Below are positions 1 to 36,109 of a stretch of DNA of 64,000 nt, piece after piece. The stretch's first letter is position 1. Every line of letters begins with the position of its first letter. The DNA comes from Amoebidium appalachense (Eukaryota; Protista; Ichthyosporea): positions 10,048,243 through 10,112,242 of the forward strand of contig CAVNZM010000009.1 in the NCBI GenBank assembly GCA_963693365.1, written 5' to 3'. The notes beneath the pieces were generated by a model. It was not told where the DNA came from, made no database searches, and worked only from the letters and a program-made list of their open reading frames with translations. The position numbers and the translations under genes were made by a program.

Positions 1-14539
<14,539 letters not shown>

Positions 14540-15379
14540 AGTGTCGGTGTGGGTGATGTGTAGAGATAAAGAGGGTAACCGTGTGGAATGTGAAGTTCAA
14601 AACCTAGTGAGTCTGGAAAGCGAGAGTAAGCTGATGTAAACGACCGGTTGGCTTATGTGTATTTCAGTGCCAAGTTCAATGTGCGATGTAAAGTTAGGTG
14701 TTTTTTACCCTATTGTGTATGCCTAGAATATGTGGATGTTCACCCCACGTGATGATGGATGTGAGAATTAACCGGTATGTGTGTATGACTTGTTGTATAA
14801 AGGCCGCGCGATGAAGAGCTACCAGTGGGTGCACGCACACAGGTATACGAGCAACCGCGCGCACCTAATGCTTGGTTACCCACACGCACACACACACGTA
14901 AGGCTTCTTTCAACTTTGGGGCTGCCCTGCGCGCTAGCGCTGGAAGACAAACGCAGCGGCGACCATGCGAGGAGGTAGTCTACATGGAGTAGACTCATGG
15001 TGGGCCCCCAGCAATTCATGTATAGGAAAGACTAAACCTCGGGTGTTATTCAGATGCTTGAACACTGGCCATGGGGCCCGGGGCGCCCGGGCCGTAGGCA
15101 CATGATGATTACCCCTGTATCTACCCTCGTACCAAACCCAGAACCGGGCCCGTGATGCCATGTGTATGATCTCACCCACGATAACCCATGTCCACACACG
15201 CACACACACACAGACACGCGCGCGCACACACACACATGCACGCACATGCACACGCATGTGCACACGCATATGTGTATACGTACATGTACACACCCACACG
15301 CACACCCACACGCACACACAAACACACATTGTGGTCACATACACACTCGCACACACACAAACACACAACATGCATGCAT

Positions 15380-15412
<33 letters not shown>

Positions 15413-16280
15413 TACAGACACACACGCGTGTGCACACACACACACACACAGTCACACACACACACACACGTGCACACACACACAGTCACACACCCACACA
15501 CACAGTCACACACACACACACGCGCGCACAGTCACACACACACACACACAGTCACACACACACACACAGTCATACACGCACACACACACAGTCATACACG
15601 CACACACACACACACACAGTCACACACCCACACAGGCACACACACACACATGTACACACACCAACGTTCCTCATGAATACAGCTCGCGATCGAGTCATCC
15701 ACACACGTGCACACGAACGTTTGCGCATCCCCGAATTCCCATTAGAAACAACCATTGCACTTGGGGATCACCTCGAGCAAACTTCTAGCATGGCACAAAA
15801 AAAAAAAAGAGAGATGCGCCAAACTTGAGTCGGCCGTTGCTGAATAGATAGCCCCGGAAAAGCCAAATGTTCCTGAAGTTGAGTCTGTATGCATCGTCGC
15901 GTTCACCTGCAGATCGTTTTTACTTCATGCATTCTCCGTTAAAACACTACTATCATAATAAACTCTGGAAAATTGTGTGTCAATCTTGCAGATATGCCGC
16001 AGTAAATAAATACACAATATCATTCCTCAGTCATGATCACATCTATCACCGTCACCGCTATTCATATTCGCAGGCCTAGGTGTGTTATATCACAATAATA
16101 CTATTAAAGAGCTACGTACGGGCATTAAATTCATAACATAAAAGGAATATCTCATATAATCACAACTATAGATATAAAAGGTACTTTCAATTAATAACAA
16201 CCAGCAATACTAACGCAAGGAAAAGACATCAACCTACTACTAATACGATAAATATCCAACCGTCAGATTGTCCTCAAGCC

Positions 16281-16313
<33 letters not shown>

Positions 16314-16416
16314 TGCCCCCCACCCACCCACCCCCTCCCCTCCCTCCCTTCCCTTCAACATAAGAGAAAGAAAGGAAATATGGGGAAGGGGGGGGAGGGG
16401 GAATAGCCATGCGTAA

Positions 16417-17711
16417 CTACATCATATCATTCAACTGCCCCTGTTTGGATTTGGGCCACCCTAGGGTGGTGGGTGAAGCCCATGGGCATGGGAGCAACGC
16501 ATCTATCAAAAATGCAAGCGAGTGCGCCTGGTTTTCTAACTGATCCATGTTCACTTCCTCTCCCACAACCCCCCCGTCCCCCCTTTTCTCCTGAAAATGT
16601 CCGTTTTCGGGACTGTTTTCCGGTGTTACAGCCTCTGAAAATTCGCGATAATACCCCACGGGTGGCTGCCATTCTCCATCTACGTTAGATGTGTCGGCGT
16701 CTTCTTGACATTGCTCATCGGTCGTTGCGGCTGATTCGTGTGAGTTTTCCGATTTCGAAATTCCCTCCATTTCCGTAATCACTTCGGAGAGAAACGACAC
16801 CGTTTGCTTTATGAACCCCTCGTCAAAAATTTCACCCCGCACACCGCTATTCGCCCATGTCCCCTCCATTTCCGAATCCGAACCCCCGTCCGTCGAAAAC
16901 CCATCTCTTTGCTCTCTCCAGTGTGGACGGTCGTCTGTTTGGCAATGTTGCAGAAGCATGTGGCCGTCAACGTTCCGGTTCACCTGTACATCATCAGAAG
17001 ATTTGTGTCTTTTGCACACAAAAACACCTTCACCGTTGGTTATTTTCAAAGACTCATCCTCCACATCGTATTTTAACCACGCGTGAAGATTGGCAATAGA
17101 CCTCAATTCCTCTTCCGCGTCCCACTGTCTGCGTTTGTGAGTTTCTTCCCACTCGTGCACATTGCGTGACTTGCTCACATGCTCATTCTCGTAAACATCG
17201 TTTCTCCCTTTCAACAATTCCTCCGCTCTGTATCCTCGACGAAACTTTCTCCCTATCACATCGTCTTCCGAGGCTATGAATTCGTGCTCAACCCTCCCCC
17301 GATATCTTTGCCTCTGGGAGTTGTGCATGTGCCACATGTGCATGCATCTCTGTCTATCTCTCTCTCGAATTCTTCTCCTCCTTCTACCCGAATACGTTTC
17401 TAGTTCCACATCATCCTCGAAGGTAATAGGGTGTGTGTGAGTGTGCCGTGCGCGGTCGTGCCTGCTTGGAGAGTGGTGACGTGCCTCATGATGCCCCTAA
17501 AAGAGACAACCTATGTGTTAATAAGGGTTTCAAGTCCAAGAGTTTCTCTCTTCCTCTCTCTCTCTAAAATAACTCTTTTCATCCCTTGTTTAAGAACATG
17601 GGGCACAGAACACTTCTGAATGATGGGTCATTTCTGTGTATATATGCTGCTCTAACACTCGTTCTCAACGGAAAAAAATTGGTGAACTGTTGCACAGGAT
17701 GTGTGAGGTAT

Positions 17712-17742
<31 letters not shown>

Positions 17743-18416
17743 GGGGGGGGAGGGGGGGGAGGTTTGAACACTTAAAACGGAGATGAGTAAACTGGTTAAA
17801 GAATAACATTTTCGGAAAACGAACAAAAACAACTCGTATTAGTTGAAGGCCCGAGGTTGGTCTACACACGAGTATCTTAGAAGCCAACGTTTCATCCAAA
17901 AGTGATTTCAGTTCTCCTTCCTGTTCCAAACCACACAGTCACACTCGATAGTCACAGACTGGCAAAGATGTGACTCCTGCTGCGCGCACACACACACACC
18001 CAACAATGCACCCACGCATGCAAGCGCTCGAAAATAGGGAACTGTATCTGAGCTCGTCCCGTATTCATTTTTAGGTTTTCTCTCTTCCTTGCCCTTGGTC
18101 CTTTTCTCCCAAGACCTCCCAGCCCTATCCCTCCATCAAGCTCAACACCTCCACCCATCTCAGTCACCTTTTATCCCGGTCTATCCCCTTCATGAACCAG
18201 TGGAAAAACAATCTTTATTCCCCAAGCTACCCTACTCACCTGGAACAAGTGTGAATGCCTCCCTTCGGTTTCGCTCCCAACCACGTTTTCAGCCGTCCTC
18301 ACAACCGACTGAATAAGCAACTTGTGACGTAGTCTACTTCCATGGCTTCTTCTTCTCAACTTCTGCCTCGAAAGCTCTACAAGCCAATGGGCAGATGAGG
18401 GCCCTTTTTCAGCCAT
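16417..18416 (-). CDS. Three-exon protein with N-terminal IER/SERTA-like motif and long charged, probably disordered region
   Basis: Exons 18240-18416 (MAEKGPSSAHWLVELSRQKLRRRSHGSRLRHKLLIQSVVRTAE...FQ|gtgagt), 17870-17920 (EGELKSLLDETLASKIL) and 16417-17496, which is in frame with the 330-aa ORF. The motif L..LS..KL.......L...LLI..V resembles the SERTA and IER2/IER5 N-terminal helical motif (recognised from memory, not searched). Confidence 0.6.
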
Positions 18417-18595
18417 AATTTGGCTAATTTGTGTGTCCCTATAATTTTGGAGCAACTTTATGTTGAGGAACCCTGTTTACACGTGTTTTTGGGTTCACAA
18501 AAAACATGCTACACTAGGGGCAGTGGTGCAAAGCACCTCAGCTCTATTACGTTCCATATGTAGCCATCTAGAAGAAGTGGAAACTCAGGAAAGAA

Positions 18596-18712
18596 GGGAG
18601 AGTTTAACCTTTGAAATAGCTTGATAAAAAACGAGTGTCCGTTAGATAAAGAGAGAAGGGAGAGTTTGACCTTTGGAGTAACTTGATAAAAAACGAGTGT
18701 CCGTTAGATAAA
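18596..18712. repeat. 62-bp tandem duplication upstream of the IER/SERTA-like gene
   Basis: gagtttaacctttgaaatagcttgataaaaaacgagtgtccgttagataaa occurs twice with few mismatches. Confidence 0.85.
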
Positions 18713-20952
18713 AACCAAGTTGGAAGAGGAAAGCTTTGACCAACTCTGAACTGCTGCAGTCAGTCTGGCAGTCCGTGAAAGCTTCAGCGTGATTGAAACC
18801 CCACCGTATAAAACATTTCGGTCCTTGCTAAAATCAGACCGAGTCCATTCAAAATGCCAATCATAATGTCCAATGATTGGTTGAGGATGAAAAATAAGTA
18901 CTTGATACTTTCCTTTTTCCGTATTTAAAAATTTTCTAAAATCCTAATAAGAATAAATACTGCTTAATTATTGGAATTTCTAATGAGAGTAAGCTAATAT
19001 ACTTTTATTTCTAGGCCGTGGCACATCTTTGGTTCGAAGAAAAACATATTTTCAAAGACCCCCCTCCCCTAGAATGAAGTAAATTGCTCGCACTCCATAC
19101 TGCCATATGCATGCCGAGCCATCATAACTTGGGCCCGCCTGGCAGCCTGGGTACATTCATCCACGCCAATATCACCAGTTTCTCGTGTTGAAAACGGCAA
19201 ATAGTTCAAGAAATCTGTGTTCAAGTTTTCATTTTTAGGTTTAGCGAATATTTTCGACATACTGTACTCTAATTTTCTGAACCCTATAGGCTCAGGCGGC
19301 TTCCGCCTGACCAGAGCGGCAGACGTCAGTGCGACCATTACAGTGGACTGACCTGTAACCAATAGAAATTTATTTAGGAACAGTGAATCTGTGATCAAAA
19401 TAAAGTGGTTGAGCCTTTTGACAAGGACAGATCAGAAATGAAATTTTTAAGTAGAGTTGAGCCAAAAAAAATAAATTATATTTTTAATATATGGCTGCTT
19501 TAGCTAGGGGGCCCCTTTCGATGTCCCCGTGGCACATCAAACTATTCACCCCGGCACGGATCGGTGGCACTGCACGCACCCCTCCAATCACATCTGTTCC
19601 ATAAGCTCCACTGGCAGGATTCTTCTGCACTCAGAATGTGGCACATGTCACATTTTGATAATCTGTCCCAAAGGGCGCCGCTGTACGTGAGTTCGGTTTC
19701 TTTTATTCTTACATGTTAGTGCTGTTAACGGGGACAATGCCCCTTGCAAAATAATATTTTGGGGTTGCCTTGGCTAACTAAAAATAAGCAACTTTGATTT
19801 TTTTAAAAATTTTCTGGAGCATCATGCAAAAATAAAGGCCAGATTGCGCAATGCGCATTGCTCGCAGTGCGTCCCTTGTAACAATGCCTGGTAGCGTAAC
19901 TCTCCATGCATTATAAGAAAGTAAACACACAAATATCAAAATTTAAATTTTATACTCTGTATTCAACCCTTCGCTGCTCGGCACACGGTTACAGTAATAA
20001 TATCAGACGTCGACTTGAAAAATCTGCCGGCTCCCAGGCGCGCCGGCAAACTTATCCCAAAGCCACTGATTGGATGTTCTTTGGTGCCACGGCCGAATCA
20101 ACACTCGCCCACATGCCGGTCTCCTCACGGAGTTTAGGGGGTCTGTCGGCATTTTCAGATATTGATTCAGGCCGCCAGTATGAAACAGCTTTTTGGTAGG
20201 AGTAGGCTATATTGCCCCTAACATTCGAAGTTAGCTTTACACAGCATATTGCCCTTAAGAGAAAAATATTATAGAATAGAAAGAAAAATATTATTGAATA
20301 ATTCCCCTGTAATGACTTCTGGTGTCCTTGTATACTGGATGGAAATAAAGAAAACGGACGGAGACAAAGCAATAATTTCACACCCCGATCTCGCTGTGAG
20401 AGCGTCTGTCGGTGCACGTGTGCACTCTGTCTATTCACCTGCCTATCAGCGAAAGGTTTTCTTTGACTCATTTCATATGCTGCTATCTTTGAGCAATTAC
20501 TAGTAGATGGAGCACACTTATCAAGTAAATGAGTAAGTAATTCCGGCGTATTTTCTTCCTATTATAACAGTTCCTTCGCACTGAACTGTAAGCAATAAAA
20601 ACGGAGGTGATCTGAGAGTTTTCAGCCCAGGCCGGGACCAGAAATCGGCGGTTCGAATTCGACGAGTCATCGCGAGTGATCTATAAGAGAGGTAGACAAA
20701 GGATGAATCATGCACACATGTACACGCACACGCACACGCAGTGCGGGTACAATACTCTGTGACGATATCGAATGTGAATGAGTATATGTTTTTTACTGAG
20801 TGGATAGGTATGGCATCGCAGTTCTGAGTACCGTTTGTTGTTACGTCCTTCGAAAGAAGAAAATCCTAGCTGGAGATCCAACACCCTGCTCTCTGAACCT
20901 GCTCTTTCCGCGCCCTCTACAGTACCTTTCTCTCTCCTTCCTTTCAAAGAGA

Positions 20953-21071
<119 letters not shown>

Positions 21072-21117
21072 CCACACTCTCTCTCTCCCTCTCTCCCTAT
21101 CCCTCTCTCTCTCTCCA

Positions 21118-21156
<39 letters not shown>

Positions 21157-21179
21157 CTCTCGCTCGTTCTCTCAGAGAG

Positions 21180-21215
<36 letters not shown>

Positions 21216-21542
21216 ACTCTCTCTCTCTCTCAAGACTCTCTCTCTCTCTGTCGCCCTCTCTCCCTCCCCCCCCCCCCCCCCCCCCCCCCCCTTCCATCTC
21301 CCCCTCCCGCCCCCTTCTCCCCCCCTCCTCTTTCCCACGCGGCTCTCTCTAGAGGTACCCGAGGTTTTTGTCTCTCGGACTCTTTCCCTTTAGAGTTCTC
21401 TCTCTCTCCCTTTCTCCCCCATCCCCTCCGTTCCTCCCTCCCTCCTTCCCCCCCCCCCCCACTTCCTCCTTCCCTCCTCTCTCCCCTCTTCCCACCTCCG
21501 TTCCTCCCTCGTCCCTCCCGACCCCCTCTTTCTCTATATGCT

Positions 21543-21655
<113 letters not shown>

Positions 21656-22353
21656 CCCCCCCCCCCTCCCTTCTCTCTCTGTGTCCCTTCCTGTCTCCCC
21701 CTACCCCTTCCATTCCCCCTCTCTATCTGCTCTATCCGGTGTCCACCTCCCCCTCTCCCCCCCCCCCCCCCCCTCCCTCCCTCCCCTCTCACTGCACACA
21801 CTGTGACTTAAAAATAACTGCTTTGAAGCGCCTTAGATACAGTCCTTCTTTTTAGGGCAAAGTCTAATTCTCCCATATTTTTGTTTATAAATTACTTTTT
21901 TTGCGGGCACTGAGGCTTCCCCGAACCGTGATGATTGCGGTGCCTGAGTCAAGAATAATAAATGACTCAGTCTGAGTTTCAGATCTCCCTAAGCATAACA
22001 CCTGCTTCAGTCACAAAGAGAAAGAGGGGGCAGAGGGGGAGGCAGGGGTAGGGGGGGGGGGGGGGGGGGGGGGGAGGGGGGAGGGGGGGGGGGAGAGAAG
22101 GTGAGAGAAAGATAGGCAGGCAGACAGACAGTCACAGAAAAAGAGGAGCGTCTCGGACCGATTGCGGAGGGGGGGGGGGGGGGGGGGGGGATGAAGACGG
22201 GGGAGGAGAAGAGGGAGAGTGAGAGAAGTGTGAGTGTCTGTGTGTATGTGTGTGTGTGTCTCTGTGTGTGCGTTTGTGTGTTTGTGTGTGTTTACTTTTG
22301 TCCATCTGCTGCCTCCCTCCCCTCTGATCTTCTCCGCCCCCCCCCCCCCCTTT

Positions 22354-22385
<32 letters not shown>

Positions 22386-22535
22386 CCCCAAAGCCCTCCC
22401 TCACCGTGAGGCACCCCAGGGCACTGATGAGCTCGTCGAGTGCCAGCACAGCCACGTATGCGGTGCATACGTGCACACTACACACACACACACGCAACAC
22501 AACAAACACAAAGACACAACACACACGCACACACT

Positions 22536-22585
<50 letters not shown>

Positions 22586-22692
22586 GGCGGCCTTTTCCTG
22601 CACCCAGCACAGTGGATAAAATCAAATCTTGCAGGCCTTTTGTTCCTTTTTTCAAAGTTTTTTTTTTTTTTTTTGAGGTTTTTTTGGGGGGT

Positions 22693-22732
<40 letters not shown>

Positions 22733-23198
22733 GGGGGCTAGTTGAATTCGGGACAGCGAAGGAGGTCCGGCACTGTTTGAATAGCAGCAACCTCTGTGAC
22801 CCCCCCCCCCCCCCCCCGGGCAGCCACGGAAGGACTCACTTTTAACAAGCGAAAAAGCACGCACTGCAGCCACAAACACTTCCTTTTTTTTTTGTTTGTT
22901 TCTCTTTTCTTTCTTTTTCAAAGTTTTTTTTTTGGTGATGGTGGTGGTGGTGGGGAGGGGGGGGGGGGGGGGGGGGGGGTTGGTTTAGTTGAATGGTGAG
23001 CGTATTTGCTACTGCAACCTTTATATCACCTGGCGGGGAGCTGAATTTGCCAGAAGTTAAAAGAGCCAGGGGGGGGGGGGGGGGGGCGGTGGAGGGGGGG
23101 AGGGTTGTTCGAAAATATCGGATCAGTCTGAGACTCTGAGAGGCTGGTGTGAGATTCTCTTGAGGGAGGGAGGGAGAGATCTAAAGGGAGGAAGGGAG

Positions 23199-23234
<36 letters not shown>

Positions 23235-24061
23235 TCTCTGCTGATCGATATATACTGTATCAAGCTAACGTTGCAGCCCTTGGACAATCACATGCATTGT
23301 AAGCACATGTAACTGTTGCCAATTGCAAATCCATTGCAATTGATGAGTGGTGTCACTATAATATCTTTGAACCTCGTACGCATTACCTTTCTTTTGCTCT
23401 TTATGATTTCCTATCTATGCTTATGATATATTTACACTTTATTAGTTCGTATCATTTAGCTAACCAGTACTCTCTTTTTTGTTTGACCCCTTGTGTAGTA
23501 TGTCAATGCCTCTCTTTTCTTCTAGAAAACAAAAACAACGTGCGAATTAACATCTTTTCTGGCCCCGCTGGTTGAGGGATCAATATAGGTGCATTTCAAA
23601 ACTCAGCAATATAAAGCTAGGGTAATTACATCACGTCACACACATAGAGTGCCATTGAATAATTTATTTGGTATTATTTGAGTGCACCCGCACAGCAGGC
23701 TAGATGATAAAACACATGTACAACATGCGCATAGATAATCGTTATGATTATAATAGTCACACCAATGTCGAAACCCTTCCCTTTCGAACACACACAACCC
23801 ACCCACACGCGCGACTATAACCGTACTTATCCAATTGCTGTTCACGTATATATAGTTTACAACCACGATCCTGCTAAATATAGTAACACACAGTGCTACA
23901 TGGGGTCCTGTAGACATACACTTCACAGCAAGGGCACTAAGTCGTATATCATGTTACGATCACTTATACGTTTAAGGCGGCACCATTCTTTTTACGTCAA
24001 AGAAGCATATACTTGGCAACATCACATGCTGTTGCCTCTTCGGATTTGCCTGATTGGAATT

Positions 24062-32116
<8,055 letters not shown>

Positions 32117-33346
32117 TTTGCCCTGTGGTGGCGTGCGTCTTGTGCGTACTCTATGGGCGTAAATGTACACACGCACGCGCGTAGCTGCGTGCTTGTGTGT
32201 GTGTGTTGTGTTTGGTGTTGGTAAGAGTCTTTGTGGGTCTGGTTGTATCAAAACGCCTGCAGAACTGAATTCGATTCTGCAGGGATGTGTCTTTTTGTGA
32301 TGCCTTTGTGGATCCCCCTAAACTTGATAAACAGAGATCATGAGTTGATGACCGGCCATCGGCGTCTACTTTTCTTGAGCATTTGCTTCTCCAAAAAGAT
32401 TTGGTATTTCTAAACAGTTTGTCTGAATGAACCAAATAAGAATCAATTATAGCTTCAGGAAATCTTTTGTAAAAATAAGGGATTTTGTGAGCACTGAAAG
32501 GTTGGAAGTTTACACAGGAGTGTCGTCCACGTGTGTATGTGCTACGGGCGCGCGTGTCTGGATTGGGTCCTAAAGCACCTCAAATTCAATTTGCAGAGCC
32601 GCTCTAATCTCTCGGATCAATTTCATATTCAGATGCTTTTCCGTACTAATCTAGCTTTTTGTCATTTAAGTATGCTTTATCTATAAATTAATGTAAGAAT
32701 TAAACTGCGATATTTAACCCACCGGCTTACATGGTCATAACTTCTACATGTTGTGACACATGTTCACGCCCACGGGGAAAAATTTCCAAACATGTGAAAT
32801 TCGGCATAGAGGGCATCGCAAATTTGCCCCATCGGTATCTAGGAAATTTAGTTCGAACCATATATGGACTATTTACCCCATAACCATTGGTTGGTATTTT
32901 TGGAGAAGCCATCCAGTCAAGTCAAGCGGCGGCACAGCCGCAGGGCTGTGCAGGCACACACGGTTCCTTTTTGTTGTTGTGTCTGTGGTGGTTGCGCTTT
33001 ATTATGAGCTATAAATAACACTGTGCCACACGCACACATCACTGTGGGTATGCCCCCACGCGTTTCCCCTTATTTGCTCTTTGTTGTAGGCAGGTGCACT
33101 TGTGTGCATTTTGCATTGTTAGCGGCCGGTAGCAATATGTACAGAGAATCCGCTCCAACGGCACCGGAAGCACGTTGTGTCGAATGACGATGAATCAAGG
33201 GCAATCGCACCTTCACAATGACTGCGAATACACATTTTTATTTGTGTGTGTGAGTGTGTGCGTGTGTGTGCGTGTGTACGTGTGTGTTTTTGTGTGTGTG
33301 TGTGTGTGTGTGTACACTGTGTGTGTGTGTGTGTGAGTGTGTGTGT

Positions 33347-33483
<137 letters not shown>

Positions 33484-33832
33484 TTTCAGTGTGCCGTGTA
33501 CATGTATTGACGGTTGCATGAACCAACACATCATGCAACACTCGGTGCTAAGACAGCCGGTCACGGAAATCTGCGTTGATTAGATATTGAAGAGCTATTA
33601 GGTACTGCCAGCACTACAGTTCAGCCTCCGGGGTACCGATACCCATCACAAACGGTGGTGTAGGACACGACGTCGTCAGCTTGTGACGGTCAAAACTCAC
33701 AGCAGCACAAACCGTACGTGTTATAATAATAGTTTAATACAGATACATTCATTAGGTTGATACGCCTCTTTGGTACGTCGTTAGAAGCTAATTCCACGTA
33801 TACGCCTATATACCCCCCCCCCCCCCCCCTCA

Positions 33833-33873
<41 letters not shown>

Positions 33874-34609
33874 CCTTCCCAGCTAGGCAGGGGCTGTTCC
33901 GGTCGGTGGCAGAAATTTAATATGTGCTGAACATTGTGCGCCCACCGTCACCCTCGGTAAACGTGAAGACAAAGAAGCATGCCATAGCAAATTCGAGGGA
34001 CACTCCGGGTTGCAAGGCCATGATTGTATTTAATACTGGCTCGGGCTGCAATGCTTGTTCTGTGGTATGGGCCAGGTTAAAGGCTTAATGTATGCTCGTT
34101 GCAAGCTATCCATGAGAGCAGACAAACACACTCGACCACGATCCGTAGGCTCAAACACTTCTCTAAGACCAAAAAATCATTAAAGAAAGCATCAAGGGCA
34201 GATAGTACGGGGGAGACCCGGAACGAAATCAAGAGGATAAACATGTTATAACCGTTCGTGCAGTCACGGGCAAAGAGAATGATTTAATTCATCATTTCCT
34301 AAATTCAAGTTGAAATTACAGTCAGACATACAATGCCTGTAAAATGCAAAAATAGTGCAACTAATATTACTACTCACAAGGACAACAGATAGCAGTGCTC
34401 TGCAAATTGGGATGTCTATATATATATAAGTGGTTGCGGACCAGCCGACCACCACAAATTTCTGAAATGTCGTGCACATATTCGCGTGTGTGTATTTACA
34501 TGGGGAACACAATTTTTTTCTTCAGTTTCTTTCGTTTTCTGGTGCGTGCATTTGAAACAAAGTTTTGGCATATGCAAAACATGCACGTGTGTCTACTAGT
34601 TGAGCTCTT

Positions 34610-35935
34610 TTAAGCAGCGCGTGCCTCACACTTCATAGCTGTGGTGTTTCCCTGCAGTTCTTTAAGGCGTGCAAGCAGTACTTTGTTCTCATCCATCAGC
34701 CGTTCTCTTTCCGCACTCAACCTGCTATGTCGTGCCTTTAATCCTTGCACTCTGTCGATCGCATCCGTCAACACCTCTCTCTTGCATGCTTTGGATGCCA
34801 CCACCTTTCGTTCTTTGGACACGTGCACAGCCGAGTTAAGGGCGTCAAAAGTGTCGTTAAGGTCTCGTCTGCGTTTTCGCTCAAGGACGTTGTGCACTTG
34901 CTTGTTGCGCTCTTTGTAGATTTCACCCCCTTCAAAGTCTAGGCTGCCCATCTGTTGATGAAAAGTTATTAGCTGCATGTCTTAGTTCCAAATTAGAGTA
35001 GAGAACTTCACACTTTAGTATTAGCACAAACTTGATCACACACTTCCCCCGCCTGCTACCCAACCACACCAAATTTTAATAAACAAATAGCACTAATGTT
35101 AGCACGAGTCATGGGATGCATAGTAGTGCAAGTGCTAAAATAAGAATCAAAAAGGGAGAGCACTCACCATTTGAATGGCGTGGGGCTGCATAAACGGGTT
35201 GTATTGCACCGTTGCTGCCTGCAACAGGGTAAACGGAGAGGGCCCTACACGCTGCGCCGCGTACACGTCCATAGGTGTTAGAATCCCCTGGGGCATAGCA
35301 GGCATAAACGTCGGCACCATTAAACCGGGCGGTGCAATAAATGGCCGCGAAATACCCGTAGGAACATTCGGTAGCGACATAGGGACAGGGGGTGGAGGGA
35401 GAGGGGTGGAGGGGGTTTTGGGTGGTTGAGTACTGAGAGCAAGCAATGCCGGTCGTGGGGTGCTGGTGTTAGCGGGTATAATAGGTTTGGTTTCAGTCAG
35501 AGCAGCTTCCAGCTTTGGCTGGAACGTAGTGGGATACTGGAACGAGGGCATACTGCTCGTAAACATGCTCTGAGCGGCTGTGGCTGCAGCGGCAACCGGT
35601 TGTGCTCTTTGTGCTGGCTGACTGGAAAAGCCAAGATTCATTGCGCGTGTGTCCGACAGTTGTGGGAAGGGGTTGCTCAACATTGTGGACATGCGCGGGC
35701 TCGCTACGGGCGTGCACATGTTTGAGCTAGGTTCCTCAATTGGGCTTGTCATTTCTATGTCCAAACACCCGTTCATGGGGTCCGAGTCTGAGAAAAGGTC
35801 TAACCATGCATCTTCCATGTTCCCATCCAGCAACTGATCGCAGAAGTCATTGGCATCAATTCCTGCCTCCATGGCCGAGACATTTAGATTGGCCAGGACC
35901 GCTAGGGTCGTTGGCCCACCCTGAAGCAGATGCAT
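34610..35935 (-). CDS. myc: Myc-like bHLH-leucine zipper transcription factor (2 exons)
   Basis: Exon 1 35168-35935 (alternative ATG 35872) ends atg|gtgagt. Exon 2 34610-34951 follows caacag. The C-terminal KQVHNVLERKRRRDLNDTFDAL...KREVLTDAIDRVQGL...L..ERERL..EN..L..RLKELQ matches the Myc basic region HNVLERQRR plus HLH-ZIP at the extreme C-terminus. The N-terminus has EDAWLDLF and TPVASP, reminiscent of Myc box I. Confidence 0.8.
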
Positions 35936-36109
35936 TTTCACTCTTTGGCTTCTAAATTCTGCTAACTAAACGTTGGGTATGTGTTGGTTTTGGAATTCAA
36001 ACATATACAAGTCAAAAGTCGGGCTTGGAGAAAACTTAAGCAAACCGACTGCGGAAACTCTGGGGGTTGCCACTAAAAGGAAGACGCGGGCAAGATCTTG
36101 AAAAGAAAC

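Noticed and set aside
20600-20680. Pol III B-box-like GGTTCGAATTC, possible tRNA or SINE
   Set aside because: No A-box and no cloverleaf could be built.
21920-21980. Possible C/D snoRNA (GTGATGA...CTGA...CTGA)
   Set aside because: Only ~50 nt between boxes, a weak terminal stem and no recognisable rRNA guide.
22400-23060. Exon-like fragments (AYVAVLALDELISALGCLT; EVAAIQTVPDLLRCPEFN) and a CTGATGAG hammerhead-like word at ~22425
   Set aside because: The fragments could not be joined into a consistent gene, and no GAAA or stems follow the CTGATGAG.
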